DNA from: the human T2T-CHM13v2.0 reference genome, Homo sapiens
Assembly (NCBI RefSeq): GCF_009914755.1
Contig: NC_060930.1
Direction: 5' to 3' (one strand)
Length of the DNA stretch: 64,000 bases
Shown here: positions 53,991 through 64,000 of the stretch, in pieces
How positions within the stretch are numbered: the stretch's first letter is position 1
Layout of the letters: every line of letters starts with the position of its first letter
Notes under the pieces: generated by a model
What the model was told of the DNA's origin: nothing
The model's input: the letters and a program-made list of their open reading frames with translations, nothing else
Database searches by the model: none
Made by a program: the position numbers and the translations under genes

Positions 53991-54741
53991 AATAAAATAA
54001 AATAACTAAACAAATATAACTGGATTGTTTGTAACACAAAGAAAGGATATATTCTCTAGGTGATGAATCCTTCACTTATCCTGATATGATTATTATGCAT
54101 TGTATGCCTGTATCAAAATATATCATCTATCCCACAAATTTATACAACTACTATGTATCCACAAAATTAAAAATTGAAATTAAACAGATAGGCTAAGCAA
54201 ACAAATATGTGAAAGCCTATTCTGCTATAGTATTTTGTAATGTCCAGATAATCAATATAAATAAAGAACCATAAGGATAATCAATATAAACAAAAACCTG
54301 TATAATATACTAAGGTATATTATGCTCAATTTAAAAATAATTTTCTTCTCAAAAGGCATTATGGCTCTTCTAAGTAAGTCTCCATCCACCCCCTCTGTAT
54401 CTGCTGCAGTTCTGTGGTCTCTCACAAGACAGTAACCATTATCTAAAAGTAAAACAAATTTCTTCCTCTAGAACCCAGGATATTGTGAGATTCTCTCTCA
54501 TTTGCCAGAACCAGGTAATACCTTTCCTAAACTAATCACTGTGACCAAGATAATAGAATTAAATAGTTGGTTTAAGACATTCATGTTACACTCCAGAAGT
54601 GAAGCTGAAGTCAAATCTGTCCAAATTTTGTGGGTGAAAATGGGGAGTAGTAAATTTGAAAAAGGAAAATAAAGATATCGTTGGGGGAAAAGTTTGAAAT
54701 GAAATCTATAGAGTGAGTGAGCATCAAGTCAATCAAGTCAC

Positions 54742-55050
54742 TTTCTTTCTTTCTTTTTTTTTTTTTTTTTTTTTGGTTTTGAGACAGACAGTCTTTTGCC
54801 CAGGCAAAAGTGGTGCAATCTCGGCTCAGAGCTACCTGCACCTCCAGAGTTCAGGTAATTCTCCTGCCTCAGCCTCCCGAGTAGCTGGGACTACAGGTGC
54901 CCACCACCACGCCTGGCTAATTTTTGTATTTTCAGTAGAGACAGGGTTTCACCATATCAGCCAGGCTGGTCTCGAACTCCTGACCTTGTGATCCGCCCGC
55001 CTCAGCCTCCCAAAGTGCTGTGATTACAGGCGTGAGCCACCGCACCTGGT
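54742..55050 (-). mobile_element. AluS
   Basis: T-rich tail then antisense Alu ...CTCGAACTCCTGACCTTGTGATCCGCCCGCCTCAGCCTCCCAAAGTGCTG. Confidence 0.9.
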
Positions 55051-55394
55051 GCTGCACTGCAGTGGCACTTACAAAACACTTTTTTTTCAAACTAATAATA
55101 ATCATACAAGTCTCCACAACTCTCTAAGCTGCAGCTCCTCAGTTCCTTTATAATATCAATGTTTTTTCTCCATTTCTCAGCGTGATTGACCCTTCCCAAC
55201 TGCTAGCTGACAAAACCTCAGAGAGGCTTTTGCTAACCATGTCATCTATATAAATGCCATTCACACTACACCACCATGGATTATTAACAGAGCCTTGTAT
55301 TCTTTACTATAAATCATATTTCGGAGTTTGCATGATTAAAAATGATCTCTATGTCAATTAGGCTTAAGTAAAAAGATGAGCACATGTCTTTGTT

Positions 55395-55520
55395 TTCAGT
55401 CTGTTTCTCATACTAGAAAATGTGCTCCATGAGAGCAGAAGCTTAGTCAATTTTTTATTACTGGAACTGCAGGTCCCCATATAGTGTCTGTCATGCAGGG
55501 ATACCCATACTGTTGTACCA
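55395..55520 (+). mobile_element. L2 3' fragment
   Basis: ACTAGAAAATGTGCTCCATGAGAGCAG...ATAGTGTCTGTCATGCAG. Confidence 0.55.
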
Positions 55521-58500
55521 ACCAGTGATACAATATTGATGTCTGTAATTGAATATGGGAAAGAAAAGTGTAGAATTCAGGCATATCTATACCCTGGTCA
55601 AAGAAAAATTATCAAAATATATAGTTTCTGAACACTGAAGTCAAAAAGAAAGGCAAGATTCACAATTGTAAAACCAGGAAAAAATGCAAAATGATAATTA
55701 ATCAGATAGATTTTTGTACATCAATATATTAATAATGAAATAAGCTTTATTGAATATTATCTAGCACAACCCCAATATTAAGGAGTTAAGAAAAAAATTA
55801 CAAAAAGTATTACAAGACAAAGCATTGCAATTAGAATTGTCTGTCTCAGAAAAATTATATTAATATATTACACACGTTTATCATAGAAACAAGCTGTGTG
55901 CATACTAACCTATAACAATAATTAATATATAATATTCTTACATATTAATTCAATACAGTTTACATATAGTGGTAACAATTATATATGTAGAGAAAATAAT
56001 ATAAAACTATTTTCTATTACATAATTTGCTGATTTGTTAGTTTTTTAAATAAAACATTTCATTATTTAGATATATGTGTGTCCCTTTGTGCATGTGTGTG
56101 TGTGTGTAAGTGTGTTTCTGGATCGTTAAATTCAATAATTCTATTTGGGCATGATCCCTATTACTCTATTACAGACAAATAATATTTTCCTGCTCTATTA
56201 ATTAAAACTGTGCTAAACTATGATTCGTCTAACACAAATCAAATTCACCTAAAAACCTCCAAGGATATTAAACTAAGAAATCTAGTGCTTGAGGAAGAAA
56301 CCAATTATTTTAATATGAGGCTGGCTCTAAGAATTTCTACCTTAAATATATATGATTTATGCATTCTCCTGAGAGTGAGAGGAGTTGCTCCTAATCTCAT
56401 TGCTCTGGTTCTAAGATTTTCCATACTGTTACTCCATTCGGCATTCCATGTTTATTTCCCATTTCTTCCTCAAATTACCCTTTCATTACACCCAGGTAAG
56501 TCTGTTCACTTTTCTACACACTATGGTCATTTCTGTTCCAGTTCCTTTTCTCCAAGAATCACTATGTCCCATGATCCTTTTTCCTGTTTTTCGTTTATTA
56601 CTAATTCCCGGTCTCACTAGCAATTTTTAGTATTTTTATTCTCTAAGTGCAGTCTATGAAGTTGTATTCAATTTTCACATATGGAGCAAACGTCTCCAAT
56701 GAAACAGAAATGTTATAGGCACTGTGATCAATTGTGTATTTCAGAATCATTCAAAGTTACAGAAAATAATTTAATACCATAAAATCTTGCCTTCTGAAAG
56801 AATGGCTCATCAATGCTTTTTTGTAGCCCAAGGGTGCCCTTTTTACTGAATAAAAACTTCCAGTACTTATGGCAGCAAGGTCTCTAGCTCACTGATCATT
56901 CCTCTAAAGCAGAGCTACATTTCAAATTGCTGTTTTAACAGATGGTCAAGATAAAGGGAAAATGGGAATCAAAGTTTCATGTGCAGCAAATCGTTTTTCT
57001 ACTACTTTACTTGCTAAACTTGCCTTCCTAAGATTGTAGGCCTCCAGGGCAAGAACTTGTCCTCTTTATGACTTTTGTGTGGCTACAACAAATGATAAAT
57101 AATAAGTTTCACACATTACAGCAGTATAGCAAATTTCTAAACATGGGCTAAAGTTTTTTGATCTATAGACTTGATTTTATCCAGAATATACTCCCTATTA
57201 ATTTTTTGTACACTATTATGTAAAAACGTTTGTGAGAAAATAAGGTAAATTTTCTTTTACAAGGCCCTGATTTGATGACTTATTAGTCTGAAACAACAGC
57301 ATGGGAAAACAAAACAACTTCCTTTTTACAATTCCACTGGAATAATTTATCATAAAGGAAAATGCATTAATGCTAAATTAAAAACATCTTCTTATTGATT
57401 CTTCATTTAAGTGTATTAAAACATTATTGTATAATACATTGTATAAGCCATCTCAATTTCCTACCTTCAATAATCCAAATTTTCCCCAATATATAAACTT
57501 ATAATGTGCATGGCATAATTGTAGAGACCTTCAGCATTTCGCCATAAATTAATTTAGAAAGTGGTGGTTGGGAATATAACAAGCATAGTTTAAGAAATTG
57601 CTTTATTTTCAAGTTTTATTTTATTATATATTCTTAACTATGGGCTCATTATACATCTTCTACTATAAGTGATTCTAATTGATAGGATGGATAAAAAGAG
57701 TACTTCAAGATCAAAGTCATGTGACTATCAGTTACTTAAAGAACATATATTTCTGGCATGGGACAGGTTGATGACAATGTGTAATAATGATTGTAAGTAC
57801 ATTAAGAAGATAAAGGGAAGGGTAAATTGTAATATATCCAAATTCTGTGCTCTCTCTACAGCCTCTAAGCTGTACTTGGCATAAATAGATAAAACATGCA
57901 TATCTCCAAGCCAAAATAGTCTACAAAAATACATTTAATATTTTATTCATTGCATTATCATCATCTAGTTTCCATTTTATGATTTGTTCTCCTACAAACA
58001 CTATCTGTCTAACTATTTACTCACCTATTTATCATCTAATTATCTCTCTATGAGGCTAAATATTATGCCAGGGAGAGCAATCTGTGCTGAAATAAATTAG
58101 GCAGGCCAGGAATGTTGTCCAGCATCACTAAAATTCTCAGCACTGTTAACACGGATGGCTCACAATGAGCTCACAGGGAAGATTTTCATGACATGAATAG
58201 ACTGCTCAAGAAGTTCAGCATCTGAGCCATGTATTTTTGTGTCATTCACCAGTAATGTAGAAAGAAGCTTGTTTAGTAAATGGGCTTTACAATTAGATAT
58301 CTTTCACCATGCATGGATATTTATTATTCAATTTTTTATCTGCATTCAGAAATCTTTTTTGCAGTAACCTATTTACTTTACACCACCTCTCAATACATGT
58401 ATGATCTATCCTATTTAGTATTATTTTCCCTGCTATTTTCATTCATTTTAACTTGTTTTTGAAATGTTTTGCTTAAAAAAAACAAATAAATCAATACCAG

Positions 58501-58934
58501 TAAACTGAGTAAGAGTAATCTGGTAAAATGTGTTTCTGTGTTTATTTCCAAATATCATAAGGCTGTTAAAAGGTCTCAGTCTAGGAGAGCTATAGCTGCA
58601 GATTATACTATACACTCTGAATCAAAGTATGTTAGTAAAACATATTGCAAACAAACAAATCAACAATCATATTCTACTATACTGTTGTAATTTGAATATA
58701 TTCTGCAACATAGATTTATTCTTCTCTAGCTTCTTGATTTTTAGTTTATTTTATGTCCTAGTGAAGCATTTTTACCCACATCAGCAGACAAATTTTGTGT
58801 CCAAAGGAAACCAAGTAAAAAACCTTGTGCTGAATACCACAACGCAAGTTTTGCAAAGATTAAGTTGCCTTCAAAGAAATGCTTGGGGAAACAAACAATA
58901 CATATTAACACACAATGAGGTAATGGTGAAATTC

Positions 58935-59025
58935 TTTTAAAAATATTTTAAATTAAAAATCACAATTGTATACATTTATGGGGTACATTGTGATGTTTTA
59001 GTATATGCGTGTAATGTACAATGAT
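58935..59025 (-). mobile_element. Short L1MA 3' tip
   Basis: AATTGTATACATTTATGGGGTACATTGTGATGTTT. Confidence 0.7.
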
Positions 59026-59046
59026 GATAGAATTCTTTCATATTAT

Positions 59047-59584
59047 TGTTACCAGTAGCAAATCCATGCAGGTCTGTAGCAAACCTGATTTTTGCCTCCT
59101 TGGAGGAAAGAATTCGCTGAGGGCAGGGCAGGAGTAGGCTTACCTCAGCGGGAGAGACTGAGACAAGTTTTAGAGCCTGAGTGACAGTTTATTAAAAAGT
59201 TTTAGAGCCGAGTAAAAGAAAGCAAAACACACTTGGAAGAGGGCCAAGTGGGCTACTTGAGAGATTCAAGTGCACCATTCAGCCCTGGACTTGGGGTTTT
59301 ATACATTGGCATGGTTCTAGGGTTTGTGTTTCTCCTCCTTTGATTTTTCCCTTAGGGCAGGCTGTCCACACGTCCAGTGGCCTGCCAGCACTTGGGAGGG
59401 GCCATATGTGCAGTGTGTTTACTGAAGTTGTGTGAATGCTTACAGGAGGTGTTTTTTGCTCACCAGTCAAGTGTTCCCAGATGAAGGTCATACACTGGTT
59501 AAATTACACCATTTCAGCTCTTAGTGTGCATGCTTGAGCCCTCTAACACAACTCCTGAGATCTGCTTACCTACATACTCTAACA
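59047..59584 (-). mobile_element. MER50-type ERV1 solo LTR with internal deletion
   Basis: TGTTACCAG...GAAAGAATTCGCTGAGGG...CTTGGAAGAGGGCCAAG...CTCTAACA; perfect TSD TTAT at 59043-46 and 59585-88; jumps from GAGATCT (~59563) to the LTR terminus. Confidence 0.85.
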
Positions 59585-60059
59585 TTATTAAGGGCCATAT
59601 AATCAGAAATGCAGTTGGAGGTGCATGTTCCTCATTTGTAGGAATGGTTGCTTAAATAACATATGGGCAGAAAAATGTTGTGACTTCAAGGGATTTGAAC
59701 ACAAAAGAAGAGTAATTTCTAAGGTAAAAACCTGGGATGAAAATTCTGAATAAAATTGATTCTGTTAACATTCCCATTTCTGGGAATGCATAATCAGATT
59801 GCTACTAAATTTATTTAATGCCGATAACAAAGATTGATTATCATAAACTTCACAAAGGCTAATTTCATACTTATTATTAAAATAATCAGTGAAAACCAGA
59901 ACTATATGTAGTAGTCTATAGGTATCCAAAGTAAATATATATATATTTTTATTGGTGCCCTCTGAATAAGTTGAAACTTCAAAAGTGAAAAATCAACTTC
60001 ATGTGCAATGATTTTGACAGTTTAAACTATGTGTAAACTATATAATTGAATTATAATTC

Positions 60060-60363
60060 TAAAAATTAGTGTGATACTAACAATATTATAGTAATTTTAT
60101 AATACTGAAGTTGTGTTTATGCTCACTTGAGACCTTTTTCCCTTATCAGTCAAGTGTTCCCAGAGGAAGGTCATATACTGGTTAAGCTCCACCATTTTGG
60201 CTCTTAGTATGGATGCTTAAGCCCATTTACCCAACTCCTGAGATCTTATTGGGAAGCTGCTGATTACCAGCTCTATGTGTTTTCTGTAGAAAAGTAAGCA
60301 TGTACACAACTTCAGTATTATTATAAAATTAGTAAAATATTATTCGTATTATACTAATTTTTA
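60060..60363. repeat. ~70-bp inverted repeat (60060-60128 / 60292-60363)
   Basis: TAAAAATTAGTGTGATACTAACAATATTATAGTAATTTTATAATACTGAAGTTGTGTTTATGCTCACTT vs reverse complement TAAAAATTAGTATAATACGAATAATATTTTACTAATTTTATAATAATACTGAAGTTGTGTACATGCTTACTT. Confidence 0.9.
60103..60286 (-). mobile_element. Isolated internal MER50 segment
   Basis: Homologous to 59420-59563 and extends ~40 bp (TATTGGGAAGCTGCTGATTACCAG) into the part missing from the solo LTR. Confidence 0.85.
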
Positions 60364-61309
60364 ACTTCAATATTAATCACACTAACATAATTCTAAGAAT
60401 TAGTATAATACAGTACATTCGAATGATCACAAGCTGATTGTTTTTTAAATGAGTTGCAGCTATGTTGCTTTACAGCCTGGTTTGTTGACCTGAATGCTAT
60501 TCAAGTCCTACTTTATATTTCATTGATAATCAACTTTTGAGATGATTCAAAGACTGACTGAAAGCTTATTTCTATTTTGTGAGACTCTATATTGATGCAA
60601 GGACAAAATGTTTTTGAGAGAGAAAGGGAAAGATACTATAATGTTTCAAGTGAATTCATTGGTTTCTCAAGAACAAAATTGGATTGCTCAAAAAGACATT
60701 TTAAAAGGAGCAGTTAAAACCATTTTCTTGATTTGCAGTTAAAAGATGGGAGAAAATTGGTGAAAGTTTTTCTGTAGATCAGCTTGATTATTCTCTTGTA
60801 GAAAAACCTCTTAATGGAAATTACTCTCACATTTTGCTTACAGCTGTAATTACTAGGTAAGTAAGACTCTTCCAAATTTTCTACTCAGAAATGTGGCCTT
60901 GTTCTGAATAGCAAATTTCCCTACATTAAACTGATCACTAAATCCTATAAAATCTGCCTTCAATGTAGGTATGGCATGCTACTGCACCTCAGCATCTCCA
61001 TGCCACAACAGCAGAAAACGTGTGCCTACTCGACATGACTAACAAAATACCCTCCCGTGCCCCGACAGGACCACAGATCCTCTCTTATTTTCTTACAATC
61101 TGTTCCTCACATAACGACCTCGTTATATTCAAATAAGAATCTAAGTTTAATGGAGTCAATTCTCACGTTTTAACTATTAGTGTCATTACATTGCTTCAGG
61201 CTTTCTATTATCCCAGCTTTTTTTTCTATCATTTACCCCCTTTTATTGTATATTCACACAGACTGCCTTTCGGTGGCTTTAATGCAACTTTAGCCATCAG
61301 AATCATTTT

Positions 61310-61681
61310 AGCTATCAAAATCCTTCTTCTTAATGGAATAATTGCTCCTCTCCCAACCACTCATTCATTCCTTAACTAACTTCTACTCATATTTTATGTC
61401 TATATTGAAAAGGCATTTCTCTATGACTCTGTTTTAAAACTTCACAATATTATATATTTCATCTTAGCACTCAACACCATATTAAAGGATAAATTACTTA
61501 TGTAATTAATTTTAGTTAAGAGATCTTACCTTGTTGGACTCTTACATTCTCTTTCTCTCTACCCAAATCCCAACATATGTTTTTGTATATGTATAAATTA
61601 CTATATCCTCAGCACATCAAAAAATATGAGGCATATGGTTGCATAGTTGATAATAAATGTTTGTTGAGTGTGTGAATTGAA
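61310..61681 (+). mobile_element. L2 3' relic
   Basis: Ends TAATAAATGTTTGTTGAGTGTGTGAATTGAA, a typical L2 tail. Confidence 0.55.
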
Positions 61682-61989
61682 GCTAAAGAATGCTGCAGAA
61701 AGAAAAGAAAGGAACATTAATAATTTACGTACTTGTAGAGATTAACAGATATATACATTACAGACGAAGAACATTTATTGTAGTAGAAGTTTCTTAAGAT
61801 AATAATTTCACAATGTAGAGACATAGCATGGAAAGCTTTGCTAAGTTTCTATAGTTTTATTGAAAATTAGCCATAACATTAATGATGATATTAACTGCAG
61901 TGTATTCAGTACTAGAATGAACCATGCAATGTATTCATTCCTCTATATAAAGTCTTTGATTCAGTTTGTTCAAATATTTCTGAAAATGG

Positions 61990-62425
61990 AAAGTTTCTAC
62001 ACTTCTAGAAAAAAGATTGACTGCCTTATAACCATGATACAAGTAGCAATCCAGACCAGTTTTAACCTATTTATTCAAAAAGTAAAAACTGTTCTCATTG
62101 AGCATGCTTTTGCACACCAACCAGTTACAGCACCTTGTTTATCAAAATTAGCTAATCACAGTCTCACTCCAACAGATACCCCTCTAAGTGCTAACCAATC
62201 AACAACAGTCTTATCTAAATAATGTACTTCTACAGATGATGCTATCCCACTTATTCTTTTGAAAGCCCACAAATCCCTGAACTCTCTATATTTTTTTAAA
62301 TCTGTATAAGATGGCAGTCTCTTCTCCTCAGAGAGACTCTACCTAAATAGGATAGCTCCCCTTAATATAATGAGCAATAAATGTAGCATTCTGTTTTTAT
62401 TTCAGATAGATAGAGATCCTTTGAC
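61990..62425 (+). mobile_element. Possible old ERV1 solo LTR (MER31/67/90-like)
   Basis: AACCAATC box, TATAAG, CTCCCCTT..GAGCAATAAA arrangement; family uncertain. Confidence 0.35.
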
Positions 62426-64000
62426 CATCCTGTCATTTATTTTTATGTTCATTTTACACAGTAAAAAAATGAGGATCAGAAAATATAAGTGACTTAATAG
62501 CAGTTGCAGTGATAATATTAGATCAATATTAGAATATTAGAATATTGACTATACTCACTCCAATTATTATTATTTAATCATTATAAAATATTAATATAGG
62601 TATGTCCTTAATAAATGCACTTTATCTAGAATACTTAAAGCAGGGTGTCTACCCACCAAATAGTTTAAGAGCATGTAAAACAATAACATAAAGCAAGAGA
62701 CATGCACTGAAGGAAATGCCAAGGAAACATGAAAAATAAAAAAATAAAATAAGACATCGAAATTAGAAGTGAGTATATCTGTCATAAAAATAAATATATG
62801 AGATTTAAACCGGTTTTTCTTAAATAACATTTGTAACCACAGAATATTCATTATTCTGAATATAGATTTATATTAACTTGCATTAAAATAAAATGGAAAA
62901 ATAGGTAAAGCCAAAGGACAGAATGAAATAATAGATTCAAGCTAATATTAGTTTGAGATCATTAGATAATTTGTGTTGATACAACATAAAATCTCAATAA
63001 AGATGCTTGAAAGTGCATTCAAAACATCACACTGAAGGAAAATCTTTAAAATTTCAGTAGAAAACTCAAGATATGCATTTTGAACAAATTTTTACAAACT
63101 AATATGTGCAAAAATTGTAACTAACTGATAATTTGACATAATATATAAATTGTAAAAAGGGAAATGTCTAGATAATTTTTAATAAAAGTAATATTATAAT
63201 TGAGATTTTTATTGAACTTTTTGTTTGAACACGTTTATCTCTACTAATTCCACAATTCCAGTAAATAAAAGTGAGTGTATTTTTTAAAATAAATGCACAA
63301 AAATATAAAACTATGGAGCAGATTTGGCCGCAAATGAGAAATCTCAACCAGTTTATATAAAGGGAAGTAGATACACAATTAATAAATGACAAGAGGTTTA
63401 AATATATCTCTTTGTCTAACAAGTGTCTAAACAGGTGGTCAGGAGTTAGTAAAGAATAGTGCAAGAATCTTGTAGATTTCTTTCACAGAGTTCCCTAAAA
63501 ATGCCTGGTGATTCAGAGGCAGCACAGCTATCTGAAGGTATGTGCTCAAGAGAGAGATGCTTAGAAGAGGACTGTTTGAAACTGTACAAAGCGAATTGAT
63601 AAACTTCATCACTAGCTAGCTAAGGAGCTGCCCTCTTACACTCCTGCAGAAAAAAAGTTTATTCCCAAAAGGAAAGTTGAATAAGAAAGCCTCTGTCCTG
63701 GGGTCCACTAAACTCTGCTGCTGCTGATGTGACTTACTTCATGAAACTCTGTTTTTACACCCGGATATGGCTAACCACAGCAAGCAAACCAAAATTTAGA
63801 GTGCCTCTCGGGAAAACTGACCAGTCCAAGAGAAAAAGCCTACGGATACAGGTTTTGGGGTGGATGGAGATGCATTACCTTACATGAAGCAACCTGGTCT
63901 CATTTCAATGCGCCTAGTGAGTTTAAAGACTAATCAGTATATCAACTTTGTTTACACATTTGAGCTTCTTTTCAGCTTTTAATTCTTCATTTATAAGCAT

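Larger units (their letters stand above)
47306..54183 (+). mobile_element. Full-length-bounded L1MA1-3-like element with internal deletions
   Basis: 5' UTR from ~47306; ORF1 coiled-coil relic (ORF 49500-49751); ORF2 from ~50832 to 53570 then jump to 3' UTR; TSD ACA(T/G)ATAGGCT(G/A)AG at 47292-47305 and 54184-54197 near a TT/AAAG site. Confidence 0.9.

Noticed and set aside
56210-56620. Longest ORF (136 aa) as a gene
   Set aside because: Non-ATG start, no recognisable domain, composition typical of random AT-rich sequence, no exon evidence.
56938-56956. E-box plus GATA composite (CAGATG..AGATAA)
   Set aside because: Spacing of 4 nt does not fit the TAL1/GATA composite, and such short motifs occur by chance.
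63440-63940. Possible old L1 5' end or LTR at the window end
   Set aside because: Higher GC and vaguely repeat-like, but I cannot match it to a family with confidence.

Overview
AT-rich, gene-free primate (probably catarrhine) genomic DNA, mostly decayed retroelements; I see no intact protein-coding gene, RNA gene or CRISPR array. Main contents: (i) two same-orientation, internally deleted MER51-type ERV1 proviruses (765-5356 and 18483-25465) with partly complementary gag/IN/env remnants, the first inserted into an older ERVL pro-pol relic; (ii) three near-full-length old L1MA-type LINE-1s with large internal ORF2 deletions (11336-16912 minus, ~34903-44065 plus, 47306-54183 plus); (iii) a deeply nested L1 stack at ~29.7-45.6 kb containing a poly(A)-tailed retrocopy that I recognise as the TERF1 3' UTR (37551-39172, minus); (iv) Alus, MaLR LTRs, a split Tigger2a, a MER50 solo LTR and L2 relics. 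The most unusual details are insertion-junction structures: a short antisense 5S rRNA-like piece inside an L1's TSDs, a fold-back duplication of a MER50 segment, and templated or orphan fragments at L1 junctions. I found no evidence of a new functional biological system. Repeat family names and the TERF1 call come from recalled consensus sequences, not from a search; some boundaries are approximate.
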